Source of the DNA: Tubiluchus corallicola
Lineage: Eukaryota; Animalia; Priapulida
Length of the DNA stretch: 64,000 nucleotides
Assembly: GCA_030141605.1 (NCBI GenBank)
Contig: JAQGDQ010000110.1
Span: 434,001 to 498,000 of the forward strand
Reading direction: 5' to 3'
Below, in pieces: positions 40,373-52,799 of the stretch; positions within the stretch are counted from its first letter, which is position 1, and every line of letters starts with the position of its first letter. Made by a program: the position numbers and the translations under genes. Under the pieces are notes generated by a model. The model was not told the DNA's origin. It made no database searches and saw nothing but the letters and a program-made list of their open reading frames with translations.

Positions 40373-41836
40373 ATGGCTTATCGATGTTTATATGATTTGC
40401 CACTAAGCTCTGGAACTGGATGTTTTTCATCAGCTCGACATGCATTGTCTACTCCCTCAAGTCTTCGAGTTCTTAGTGCTTGGCAGATTGTTAGAGATGC
40501 AACACAACTGGCTTACACCCTCTCTTGTAACATTCCTTTTGACTTGTATGTAACGCTGATGTCAGCTGCTTTTGCACAGGGAAAAGATCGTGCAGTACAA
40601 GTACTGTACAAAAGCTGGCCAAATAGAAAACTGTCTTTAACTGACATTCTGCCAGAGGATACCAATTATTACCTGGGTCAGTATGACAGGTGGTCCCTGG
40701 ATGAATGTCGTGAAAAAGACAACACAGTGAAAACTTGTTATGCATCATTAATTCACTGTTTCAAAGAAAGTCTATCGCGTCGATTACCCTCGCGGCTTTC
40801 CTGTGTTGATTTGAGGGGTTTACCAACTGATATTGCTCTCATAGAACATCTAATCAAGTTTTGTAAGCGTGGTTATATGATACGTGATATAAACGTTTAT
40901 GTAGACCTGAGGATATTGCGCATTAGTTCAGCTGACAACCTCCTTGAAGCGCTAAGTGTGTGTCAGAGTGGAACTACTCCAATAACCGTACACATTTGTA
41001 AGCTCTATGCGGCTTGCATCGGAAAGGAGAAAATAGCATGTGTACTCAAAGCTATATCTCCTTCACATATGATTGGACTCAGCTTGCCGTACAATACGTT
41101 TGGAAGCAAGGGCTTATTAATTCTGCAGAGTCCAATACAAGCACTATTTAATCTCACTGCTCTGGATTTATCATGCAATGCAATCAATTGTACTCAAAGT
41201 GTTGATTCTACTTTAGCATTAGCAGCAATATTTAATAGTCTTCCTTACCTAGACCGCTTGGACTTGAGCAACAACCGATTCAGTGGCCAACTGGCATATC
41301 TGCTGTCTCGATTGAAGAACGGGCTGAAATATCTCAAGATGTCAGCTACATTGCTAACAGAAACAGACATACTGTGGCTAAGCTCCTCAAAACACAGCTC
41401 AACACTTCGGGAACTCGATCTTAGCGAAAACAATTTGGGAACGTGTTTTCCTCAACTTCGTAAACTGATTCTAACCATCCGAGACAACATTGTTGTCCTA
41501 GAACTGTCGGAGGTGGTACTCTCTAATCACCAGTTGCCGGCTTTGTGTGCCATGTGCCAACAGTTGAGGTACCTGTGTTTGCTTGACATTTCCAAGAACC
41601 AGTGCAGTTGGTCTCTGAGTGTGGACTGCTTGCAAGCATTGTCTCAGATACCGACCTTGAGGAGTGTGCATTTGTCTTATCCAACAGAGTGCTACCCTTT
41701 ATTAAGCAACGACATAGAGGAAGAATATAAAGACATTGAGGACAGCAGGGCTGATTTTCAGCAATTAGGTACACAGTGCTTGCAGTTTCATCACAAAATT
41801 AAACTAGTCTGTTCAGAATTGTATGTGAGTTGGTAA
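40373..41836 (+). CDS. LRRC14: LRRC14/PRAME-family leucine-rich-repeat protein (487 aa), putative Cullin-2/Elongin BC substrate adaptor
   Basis: Long uninterrupted ORF. N-terminal BC-box-like TPSSLRVLSAWQIV and PRAME-type segment IPFDLYVTLMSAAF...VQVLYKSWP..KLSL. C-terminal LRRs LTALDLSCNAI, LDRLDLSNNRF, LRELDLSENNL, LCLLDISKNQ. Splice acceptor (tcttttacag, 40326) 46 nt upstream of the ATG. The symbol is family-level; orthology is untested. Confidence 0.85.
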   Translation: MAYRCLYDLPLSSGTGCFSSARHALSTPSSLRVLSAWQIVRDATQLAYTLSCNIPFDLYVTLMSAAFAQGKDRAVQVLYKSWPNRKLSLTDILPEDTNYYLGQYDRWSLDECREKDNTVKTCYASLIHCFKESLSRRLPSRLSCVDLRGLPTDIALIEHLIKFCKRGYMIRDINVYVDLRILRISSADNLLEALSVCQSGTTPITVHICKLYAACIGKEKIACVLKAISPSHMIGLSLPYNTFGSKGLLILQSPIQALFNLTALDLSCNAINCTQSVDSTLALAAIFNSLPYLDRLDLSNNRFSGQLAYLLSRLKNGLKYLKMSATLLTETDILWLSSSKHSSTLRELDLSENNLGTCFPQLRKLILTIRDNIVVLELSEVVLSNHQLPALCAMCQQLRYLCLLDISKNQCSWSLSVDCLQALSQIPTLRSVHLSYPTECYPLLSNDIEEEYKDIEDSRADFQQLGTQCLQFHHKIKLVCSELYVSW

Positions 41837-41929
41837 TTTTGTTAAGACACTTGACCCGAGCTGACTTCCAGGCTGTGGAATTGTATGGATTGGCATTATT
41901 AGAGCCCTACACCATGGTTAGCTTATCTT

Positions 41930-41935
41930 AATAAA
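41930..41935 (+). promoter_or_regulatory. Candidate polyadenylation signal of the LRRC14-like gene
   Basis: First AATAAA about 95 nt after the stop codon. Confidence 0.35.
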
Positions 41936-42129
41936 CTCCAATTGGAGAAATATCTCACAAAACTTGGCGAAAAACTGGTAGAGTTTGTATAAGTTGCAAC
42001 CCTTATCTAGGCTTCTTCACTTTTGTTCTGCAGGGCAATATGAATCCTTTTAAAAATATGATTGATGAACATTAAGCAGGAACTTGGTCCTAAATGTTGT
42101 AGAGGACCAGAAAGCACGTTTTATAATTA

Positions 42130-42260
42130 GTTTATTAAAAATCTTACATTGAATTATATTACATTAAAATACATTTAAGTTTAAATTACTATTAAATTAC
42201 ATTACATTAAAAAGACAATGATTCACATTAAGATTAACCTTATTAAAATCCATTAAATTT
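42130..42260. repeat. Degenerate (ATTAC/ATTAA)n pentanucleotide tract
   Basis: attacattaaaatacatt...attacattacattaaa; adjacent to the 3' end of the minus-strand LINE fragment and possibly its tail. Confidence 0.55.
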
Positions 42261-42299
42261 CAGTGTCACAATTTATACAGTAGACTAAATTTATTGATA

Positions 42300-42780
42300 A
42301 TTAGAAAGTGCACATGGTATCAAACTATGTTTAAAATGCTCAGTACGGCAAAGTGGTAAAGGGTACCTCAGCTGATTACGAAGATTGTGCTTGCGAGAAT
42401 TATGTTTAGGTAACAAATAATGGGGAGTCCGCTACCTTGATTTTGGATTGACTTAAAAAATTTTGTGCAAAGGTCATTTCTACATACAGATAAATATTCA
42501 ATTTTTGACAACTGGAATGTATTTATATAAGGTGTGCGGGGGTTAAATAATCTTAAAATTTGTTTTTGAATTAACTCTAGCAACTCTGTCTGTTCTAATG
42601 TTAAAGAAGTATGCCCTGCAGGACAAATGTATTCCAGTATCAGCCTTACCAAAGTACAGTAATCACATCTTTTTGAGAAATACCTGTTCTCTTTATAAGT
42701 CTTAATAAGTAAATACGTTTTCAGGCTTTTTTATGCATCTCCTCAACATGTACATTCCAAGTTAAATTATCAAAAATATG
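42300..42780 (-). mobile_element. Decayed non-LTR retrotransposon (LINE) ORF2 C-terminal fragment
   Basis: Minus-strand translation gives NLTWNVHVEEMHKKA*KRIYLLRL, VRLILEY and LELIQKQILR...RNDLCTKFF, typical of the post-RT region of CR1/L2-group LINEs, with stops and frameshifts. Confidence 0.75.
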
Positions 42781-44484
42781 GAAATATTTATTTAGGTACT
42801 GTGTAATTGCAAGACATTGGTATAGTGACCAAATGAGATAAAATTATGTAAACTGATTTTACGTCCCAGTTATGCAGTATTACATAATAGTTTAACAATG
42901 AATGGCAGGCCTCCTAATGATGAGTGGTTGCTGCAGAACTGGAATTTTGCTTGTTATTAAGGATGATGCTTCCACGTTGTTTTTTTACAAAATAATTATG
43001 AAACTTCATGCTATTATCAAGTTTTCCTGACTCGGAAGATTTCCTCGGCATCTAGAAATGAACAAACATGGAAAGATTGCAAACAAACTATAAATTCGGA
43101 TTGGTTAATTTTTAAATAAGAATATTTATTAACGATGTTCTAATTATATGTTTTATGTATATTTGTTATTCTCTCTAATTAAAATACTTTTTACATGTTT
43201 TTGAGGATAGATTGTGCTCCATTATGCATTTGATTGTTGGCTTCCAACATAATATTGGAACATAATGTTGTTCTTAAATAATATTACATTGATACAAATG
43301 TGATGACTGTCTGTTGGCATGATGTTTTTAATTTCCACCTCAGGATTTTGCTCAAAAGTACTGCTCAAGCAGATTCGCTTCATTATGCGTGTCTTTCTTT
43401 TTATGGATGTGGAATATATGTATGATAGCATTAATTTTTTTAGTTTTTTTAAAAATTGTACACAAGTCTTGAATTATTTAGTTTTTACCTGAACAAATGA
43501 TCTTGTCAGTATGATGTGCTAAATTCTCATTCTGATTTTGAGCTAAAACAGAATTTCAAATCACATATTGCTTTGAACAATTATTGAAAAATAAAGTTAA
43601 AATGAAACGACCTTGTGAAGCCATGACATGGGCCAAAAATAATTTCGTGAAATTTACAACTTTTGAATGTTTATTACCTGTAGCTGATTGCTAGTGTGCA
43701 GTGAAATGTTGATTTGTTTTGTAAATAAAAATGCCATTGTTATAGAATTTGTTGATATTATGGGATATTTTTAATCACATTTATCACAATTAAAAAGTTC
43801 ACATGTTTTTTAAGCAAAAATTTGAAATAAACTATTATCGTTTTCTGCTCTTATCATGCAAATAGCTATTTAGTTTTTGGAATCCTTATTCACAAAATTT
43901 TGCAAGTAATACTGTCTTAAAGTAGCTGATGAATTACACAAATCCAGTCAGTCATTTTTTGCACAAGTTTTTCTTTTTTTGTCGCACCTAAGAGTGTATA
44001 TGAAAAGCACAGTAGAGAGAAATATTTTTGAAAATGCTCTAAAACAAATATATCCTTTATAGTTAACTGCGTGTCAGTATATAGTAATTTTAACTGACGT
44101 CCGATGGCGCCACGATGCGCCTTTATCTCGTTACGAAAATCTGTATTGAATCGGCTAGAATAACAATGCATTTTAGTTTCTTTCGACTACATGCAGCTCT
44201 AGGTGAAAATTGTTTTGGTAAAATTGGTAATAATTAATTACATGTGATGCACAAAAAGTAGCGGAAACATGTCGGTTGTCTGTGTACAGCAAGTTTCAGT
44301 TTCTGTACTTTTTCCCCACGGGTTGAATTGTAAAGTTATTTTCTTTACATTTTATATTTGAAAGTTGTTTCTGTACATTTTATAAAGTTGTTTCCTTTTT
44401 GTAATACCGTGAGTGCCTGTATAAATTGACTTGGAATATTTGGATATTTAAACAATTAGTTAAGTTACTACTAAGTTACAACAA

Positions 44485-44800
44485 TTAATTAAGATGGGAC
44501 ACTTTGAAGAACAGACGGTTGCTCTACCGAGCCACAATGTTCTACAAAATTTAGCATGGATTGGTAACTATGCCTTTTCTGTGTTCGTTATATCATCCCC
44601 TTTACACACCCGTTCATACTACAAGTACAAATATATCCAACTCCCATGTAGTGTCTTCTCGTACACGTATTTCTTTTACCCTCGAACAATCAGGATATGG
44701 AACAGGATTCCATTCAGAGCAGTAAATGCTAGTTCCGTCGAGACGTTCCGGTAACTGACATTTGATGCTATCAGAGTCATGGAGCCGCCCTTTAATATGA
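44485..44800 (+). mobile_element. Decayed LINE 3' fragment
   Basis: HTRSYYKYKYIQL...YTYFFYPRTIRIWNRIP...VNASSVETFR matches the 'SFFPRTIR.WN.LP' C-terminus of CR1/L2-group ORF2. Confidence 0.75.
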
Positions 44801-46687
44801 TAGGATTGTAAAAAATTACACTTTTTTAAATGCACGCTAATAAATCACACCTAGCACCTTGTTCCTTTATGATATGGAGTGGACATTGTTGGTTGATGCA
44901 CAGACATGTTACCATTGTTTTGCTGTTTTTTGAGCTTTTGGAATTTAACAACTGAAAATTGAAGACACTATGAAGCATAAACGGTTGTCAGAATTTAACA
45001 ATTAAGGATTTGTGTGTATGTGGCTTTTTTATTGTGCGCATGCATTGCATTCGAACCATTGCAACCTAGAGTAGTCTACTTGTGTAACAGTGTAAGGTAG
45101 CTTCAGACGAGCAGCCTCAGTCTGATAAAGTTAATAAAGTTACGTGTAAGAGATTTTATTGCAGAACTTGCCGGCGTGTGAATAATATAGCAGACTAAGA
45201 ATTCGTCTAAATTCCTGTTATTAATATATTGTGGATAGAGATTTGTTTTCAGATGATCATTGAAAGTTGAGCAAAACGCTAATTTGCCTTTTTCATTTAA
45301 AAAGCAGAAAATATTTACTCCATACCTTCGTTACTTCTTTCACAGCTTGTTTGCTGCACGCTTACAACGATACTGTGATCTCTTGCGGTACGCAACGCGT
45401 GGTCTAATGCACATAATTTGCGCGGTTGAATTATTGGCGGCTATTAATTAATGCAGGCTATATTTGTGACGGCAGTAGGCGCTATTATGCACTGTTCTGA
45501 TAGCACCATACTGATTTGCAGTAACAAACAACATCACAAATTTAGGCTACCTTCATAAGAGTTTTCCACATGGCGTGTGTAAAGTGAAAGCTTTGGGATA
45601 TTTTACGGTTAGGCTACAGAACAATGATATCTTTTTTGGTTACTCTCTTGCGAAGTAACCTACATAAAGAGATCTATTTCGCCGTGATGTAGGAATCAAC
45701 GGAAGGGCAATACACAAGACGTGTCATAGTAGGGTCAGTTCGCAGACTTGCTCTTAAAAAATTGCAGAAAAACGTTTCCAAACGTTTTCTTACAATTTCT
45801 TTGGGGTAGGGCTATTTTTCCACTACTTTTACCCTACAACGATGTTACTGAAATTCGTACATTATACTCGCAAGCAAAACGCAGGTGGTGCGGCATTATT
45901 GCAGGCGTCCGTGTAACCTAGTGCTTCACGTTCTGGACTAATTATGGATAATGTGGCAAGTGCTCAAATCTACGGCACACAAATCTTCTGCGAAAGTTTA
46001 ATTTAGCACTTGAAAATCCAATAATTTACCAACTCTCTGCGTGTTTGATGATCGACAGTCTGTGAATTATGATTTTAATAATGAAAAAGCGTGCACACGA
46101 TATGTAACGTCTCAAAAGCCACCTGGGAAATTACTTGGCGTCTTTCTTTGAATTTGTTATTGGTTTATGAATTCATTTAAGATCATCCACATAATTTTCA
46201 GCACATTGCCATCCTCATATAGATCATAATCAGCTGTGAAACAGTTGAACTAGAAATTTAAAAAATTGAAAATACGTGGTTAAAATAATATTATTAAATA
46301 ACAAAAAAATTGCTTAAACTATTACACATTTATAAAATTATTGATTATAAAATTTTACATTAATTATTTTGACAAAAAGCAAACGTACATTTGAGTATGT
46401 TAACAAGAGCCTATAAACTACTGAATGAAATAATTAACACAAGGTTTCATCATATTGATGACAGGCTTTAACTTAAGCAGATGTAATTAATCAAAAAAGG
46501 TGCTTGGGTTATTTATTGAAATAAATTCGTTAGTTTATATTAATTTGCACTCAACGAATTTTTGTGTTCTGTCAAATCTAAAATTTTTTAATGTGATAAT
46601 TTGAGCAAGTTGGAGTTGTTTATAAAAATATTCTAACCTCGTGTTTTAGATTCAACTTTATGAAAGCTAATGGTGATCTATGAGCTT

Positions 46688-47169
46688 GGCCGGATTAAGA
46701 TCTCAAGAAGCCCTAAGCTGCTAAGGCTAAGCACGGAAAGACTGTGGTGCCCCAATATATGTGTAATTTAGAATAAAAACAATACTAACTGTAAAATGAA
46801 ATTTGATCTTTCGAAATGAAAAAACCTTTTAAATGCAGTAAGAGTTATTTACAGTAGTCATCACCACCATGTGATAAAGTACATACAGTGAAAAGTAACA
46901 TTATGCAGGTTTTCAGTATTATGACGTTTCACCACACTTGAAATATATTATTATACATTATATAATCAATCACTGTCGTCAGTAAGCGGCTCAGGCTGAA
47001 TCTCGATGCCTATCCGTAGCGTCATATTGTTAACGATCACAGAAACCGCCACACATATTCTGAGTATTTTACTTCTGGGCAACCATTCGATTTGAAAAAA
47101 AACTGTATGGGCCCGTCTTCCCTTGAGGCCCTAAGCGTGTGCTTATTTTGCATAACGGTTAATCCAGTC
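46688..47169. mobile_element. Degenerate MITE-like element (GGCCGGATTA...TAATCCAGTC termini)
   Basis: Imperfect terminal inverted repeats and subterminal (g)gccctaagc motifs at both ends; same style as 62280-62649. No TSD discerned. Confidence 0.55.
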
Positions 47170-47304
47170 TGTGAGGATTGAAGCATAATGAAAATTATGT
47201 ATGCGATTTTAAATAAATTCATGATCGTCATTAAAATCCCTAATGTTGTTAACTGTCATTAGTATTTTCAGAAAACAGTTGGTGAGTTACTTTCATTGAA
47301 TTAA

Positions 47305-47388
47305 GGCGGTTTGTCTGATTGGTTCAAAGAGCTCAGGATATCGGACTCATAATCCAAAAATCTTTGGTTCAAACCAAGGTACAGGTCC
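47305..47388 (+). pseudogene. tRNA-like remnant / probable tRNA-derived SINE head
   Basis: A-box-like TGTCTGATTGG, anticodon-arm-like GGA-CTCATAA-TCC and B-box GGTTCAAACC. The stems are broken and there are extra bases, so this is not an intact tRNA. Confidence 0.4.
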
Positions 47389-48015
47389 GACTTTTCAAAT
47401 TTTGTTCTGTCCATAATGTTATTTTATCACTAAAATTATTGCATTAATTGGGAATTAGGCTTGCACGCGCGGATGTGTAGTCAACTGTCGTAGCTCGCGT
47501 AAATTACCACAGAGTAAGCCCCGCAAAATTCATTTCAAGAGTCAATTTTTCTTCAGGGTACTTTCGTTACTTTTAGATGCGTTCCAGCTTTGTTGTAGGT
47601 TTTCTAGATTAAGCTACGTGTATCCAGATTTTATGGACGGATTTTTCTGCATGGAAAATTGTGTTCACTGAGTGGCACTGACTTGGATCAATAATTACGA
47701 AAAAAGCTGCTAAAAATAACGAGGGAAAGCCAACGTGCAGTTAAATTACATTTCTTTTATTAATTTTACGTCATTGTATCATTCAATTCACGGATTTTTG
47801 TAAAGTGTTAGCTGTATACTATGCCTTTGTCTAAACGAAAAAGATTTTTCTTGTTTTGGTGGCTAAAAAGGAGAAGTGTGTTAATGCGGCAGCGCCACAA
47901 AAGAAAACACCGCCTTTGAGTTTGGTGAAAAAAGAATTTGCGTCATATTTTACATCCCCTGTTGGCTCAGCAGCATTGCAGAACCAGGGACTTTTCAATT
48001 TCACAGTTCAATAAG

Positions 48016-48266
<251 letters not shown>

Positions 48267-48400
48267 GCGGAGCAAAATAGAATTGTTGAAAACTCGTAAA
48301 AAAAGTAAATGTTATTGTGCTTTATTATTTACGAAATAAATAACAGCAAAGACTTGGTACCTTCACTCCAAGTTCTACGCTGGCTTCATTCCACAGTGAT

Positions 48401-48507
48401 TCACGACATGTCAGCTAGAATACTTGTGGTTAGTTTTGAAAGAGCCATTTTATTTTGCTGGAAATTAATGATGGCCTCATCTACAGATATGTCTGAGCGA
48501 CAAAAAA
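48401..48507 (-). CDS. Possible isolated terminal coding exon (xFCRSDISVDEAIINFQQNKMALSKLTTSILADMS*)
   Basis: Minus-strand acceptor cattgtttttcag at 48508, open in phase 1 for 34 codons to TGA. Upstream partner exon not established. Confidence 0.25.
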
Positions 48508-49539
48508 CTGAAAAACAATGATCACGTGGCAAAACACGTGGTATGGTTTTGTCCGTAACGTCTGCAAAGAAAATCGCTTTTGTCGGATGTGTAAGAGCAA
48601 AAACGTTTAATTCTTTCCATTTCGTTCGAAAACGGGCCGGATTACAGATCGATCGGTACGCAGCTTTAGATCTATTTATTTATTATTAATTATTTATTCG
48701 CAACGTAGTTAGCAAACGTGTGACGTTATCATCATCATATGCCCATTACGTCTATTGTAGACATTGGGCAGGCAGTCTGAGAAATGAATAAAAACTGCCC
48801 TCAAGACAGGTAAATACAGCAGTAATCCAGTGAAAAAACTAGACACTACTATGCCAGTGGCTTGTCAAGCAACACAACACGACATCATAATGACATCATC
48901 AACATGACGTCATACAACGCACATATTTACAGTGAAGACGTATCAGCATTCTAAAATGATTGACATGAGTACAATACTGTTGTAGTAAAATCGAATAATG
49001 TACTCTTTCCGTACATGTGCCAAGAAGACGGCAGAGGACAAGATCTCCGAACAGTTTGTTAAATTAATTACCCGTCAATATGAACGCGCGAGAAGGCAAC
49101 ACTAGACACACATCAACAAATGCTAATTATCAGAGCTTTAAAATCATACCTTAACCGAGTTGCACAGAATATGGCAATTTAGGAAACTGTCCCCACGTAT
49201 TTATGATATTACATGCACTTAAATGTTAAAGCACGTGCGAGATTAAATCGTTCAAGGAAAACCGGGCCTAATTTTAAAGTATAAAATACCCTATAAAATA
49301 TTGAAAGGGAATATACTATTTTTTCAAGATTGACTTAACTGAAAGAATTATTACCACAGAAACGTAATTTGGCGTTAGCGTGGCTAGTTTTCGCTGTAAC
49401 ATGCATAGTGATGTTAGATTTCTATATTCGCTGGTTAAATGGGCTCTAGCGCCTGCATCTCGAAAAAACAGGTACTATGTATCTCGGTTCAGAGTTGTTC
49501 AGCTGTGACGTAGTGTATGAGAGCTTATGCGTGAGTGCA

Positions 49540-49720
49540 GTGGTAAATTTGAAATTTCAAATTTGCTGAATTTTTATATATCACTCTGTATATTACAAGA
49601 GCACCATACTTCAATTTTACCCTTCGCAAACTTGTGCAACATGCTCATGGAATGTGTGTGCTGTTGAAAAATATGTTCACTTGTGACGTCATTACTAGTT
49701 GGGCTCGTCTGCCGTTAATT
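49540..49720. mobile_element. Dispersed repeat fragment, same family as 13880-14065
   Basis: Collinear similarity blocks, ending tagttgggctcgtctgccgttaa. Confidence 0.7.
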
Positions 49721-50079
49721 ATTTTAGCCTATTATTTGATTATTTTATTTTCATTATCAGTATTTTTTATTGCTAAAAGTGCTACAAGCAATATTATCAG
49801 AAACGCCTTGTAATTATTATAGGTGTTTTAATGGATTCTTTTCACCGTACTTCAAAAATGGGGTAGGGCATGAAAAACCATCCAATTTCCCTGTAAAGGT
49901 AATTTTTTAAACGACTGTTCGTTCGTTTTGCAAAATTTAGTCACTTGGGTTTGAAAAAATGATAAGATAGCGACCGATCCAAGCAAACTTGAAATAGTTC
50001 CAATGTCAACTCTTTCCAAAGTCTCGGGGCACGTCATACTGTTGTGTAGTTTAACCCAGAGCAGATCGTGCAGTTGCTG

Positions 50080-51060
50080 TTTAATATTAGGCGTCCACGC
50101 AATCTAGCAGATCTGGGGAAGGTCCAGTACTGTGCGAATGGTAACAAATCAATTGGTAAAAAATATCAATTGTCAATTGTTGGCTTTGAAGCAAGCATTA
50201 ATCAGAAAAATTTCTCCGTCTTTTTAAGTTTAAGAGCCTGAAGGAGTATAGTCTGTCATTGTACGGCGGCTGCATTTCTCTACCGCCCATAAGAAACAGG
50301 AAGCATGTTGCATTACCGTGAATAACTTCAGTTTTCGAAATGCCACAGATGGTGTGTAGAAATCAAATATTTGTTCAGTACTCCAAGACTGAACGCATGA
50401 TTGCGAAATAAAGTAGTCTAAATTTGAACCAGCCAGACCTTTAAAAGTTCTGAAAATAATACCCAATAAGCACACTGCATATTTCAGCTATACGGAAATT
50501 CCAAGTGAGGTCATTAGAGATGTTGACCGAAGATGCTTATGGGTGTCATTTTGTTTTATCATGCTTCCACCTATGTTATGTTCTAGATGATAAGGACGCT
50601 CGCCCCCTGTAATCACCATAAGCTCGCTTTTCAAGGTATTTAAAGGTTTGTTTTTATAGCCCCGTCTGTTAATTTCATGCAAGTTGTCTTTCAAATGATT
50701 GACATCCTTCGGCTGCCAATAAACTTGTAGAGTCATCAACATACTGGTTTAAGGATGTCACCAGATTCACATCTTCTATCTTATGTGGATACGGCATAAA
50801 TAAGAGGGGACCTAACAGAAGACCTTGCAGGATGTCAGAAGTGACTGAAACCCTTGCAGGTGTCACATAACCTCGCATGTAATATCGTGTGTCGAAAGCC
50901 TTAGAAATGTCCAAGAACACGATTCAGTGCGAGGAAGCTTTCGCTTGTCAAACATATTACGCGAAATAGTTAGACATCAAGGATAGCTTGACATCACAGC
51001 TGGGGCCCTTTAAAAATCCAGAGTGGTTTCGCTGATGATATCAGTATCAGATAGATTCCA
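50080..51060 (-). mobile_element. Decayed LINE reverse-transcriptase fragment
   Basis: Minus-strand motifs in RT order: GFLKGPSC, VFLDISKAFDT, VTSDILQGLLLGPLLF, YVDDS, KHLRSTSL..LGI; internal deletions and frameshifts. Confidence 0.85.
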
Positions 51061-51369
51061 TAAGGAATACTCCTATATCTTGCATATGTAAAAACAAAAT
51101 TTAGTCACTCGCCTATATTTCGTGCTGTATAAATTATCTTGAACAAAAAACGCAACAAATACCAAATTTGTTTCTTATGATTTCTAAAAGATGTACAATA
51201 AATTTATTGCTTACTTTTATATAACGGTAGATACCTCATCTCTCTTGATAACCAGTATTTCTGCGTGGTATGAATCCATGCAAATTTCAAATTTGTAATA
51301 ATTATTTCATACTCGTGTAAGTGTGTATAAGTTAACCACAGCTTTTTGAACTAATCTAAATTATGTAAA

Positions 51370-51535
51370 TCAGACCTTGATAACGATGGAGGAGACAACG
51401 ACGAAGATAACAATACAGCAACAGAAACACTGACGGTGAAGACGATGACAATGACTAATGATGGTGTTAAACCACTATGATAATGGTGTGGATGATGATA
51501 ACGAAGATGGCGATGAATTATGACGATGTTTGTGG
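51370..51535. repeat. Degenerate (GAT/GAC)n trinucleotide tract
   Basis: Decayed gatgat/gacgat periodicity. Confidence 0.6.
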
Positions 51536-51945
51536 TGACCAAATTCAGGCCAGTATTGATTATGATGCTTCGGCCTATTTGTCACTGCCTCACTGCGCAA
51601 ATAAAGAGGTGCTGAAGTAACAAAAAGTTTTGGTTAAGTCACCATGAGCGGGCCTGAAGTTAAAGTAATGAGGCCTTAAGTAATGCATTATTGAAAGGTC
51701 GTGATAAATTAGTTGCATTGTGTAGAGTTAGCTAACTTTGGGACGTAGGTTAGGTTAGACAATAACTACCTTCTTTTTTTTAAAATTATTGCCCCATTTC
51801 ACAATACTTGGTGGCTTCCTTGACATTTCTTTTATTATTTTTTTAAGTCTGCACATGTATACACACATTTAACAACCTAACAGAAATGAATTCATACTGA
51901 TTATGATAAATGGTAAATAAACAGTTTGTTTCTATGGAACTACTT

Positions 51946-52799
51946 TTAGTGATATCCAGTAGATAATGCTCGTGAGAGGGGATTACTGTAATGTGTTAGG
52001 TCGGCAGCAATGAAATCATCTGATGAATAACCTTTAACATGATTATCACTTTCAATTAAATGTTCCAAGTCACCTTCATTATGACAAATCTCTGGATCTA
52101 ATTCATTAACTGGATTGTTATAATGTGCCGTAACATCAACTGCCACTATCTCACTTTCAGACATTCTTCTTTTAATGTTTACAATTGTCGGCTTACCAAT
52201 ATCGTTGCTCAATCTTTTCTTAGACTGTGCCAGTGCATTTATCTCAAACGCGTGTTGCTGTCTTGTATCATTAGCACTACTTTCCTTCCTTTTTACCGTC
52301 CCTTTCTCAACACGGAGTTCGCCAGTTTCAGAGTTTGCATCACTGGCAATTTTATCGTTATCAGCATCTGTGCTGGGTGTAACCGGCTTGGACAGTTGAG
52401 ATCCGCTTCTCGTTTTATTTTCATCAATAGAGTTTTCCGTGTCATAGTCCGCTAAATTACTCTCACTTTTTGACAGATGACTACTTGAACCTTTGTTAGC
52501 CCCAATAAAATGGCTTTGGTCTACAAAAGCAGACCAGTGTGGTTTTGAAGTACTTGCTTGACCATTATCGACTCTTTCTTTTCCATTCTTTCCAGAGCTC
52601 GCTTCCGGTTTTCGTTGGTCCTCCTTGGAAATTTCATAAGTTAGTTTTTGACCATGAGGTGAGAGTGAGTTATTTGCGCTTGGTTTAGATGGAACTTTAT
52701 TTGGATTTTCTTCATTTGTATTTTCTTCAATACTATGAGGTGGTGTTGTTTCAATTTCAGGAATACGAACTGCTGCGCTTCGAGTTTTGCTTCGGTTAT
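51946..52799 (-). CDS. Large second coding exon of an uncharacterised, Ser/Asn/Glu/Lys-rich, probably disordered protein
   Basis: Non-repetitive 854-nt open frame in AT-rich DNA; acceptor tcaatttttcag at 52800; phase 1; TAA at 51948-51946 (further splicing before the stop is not excluded). Confidence 0.8.
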
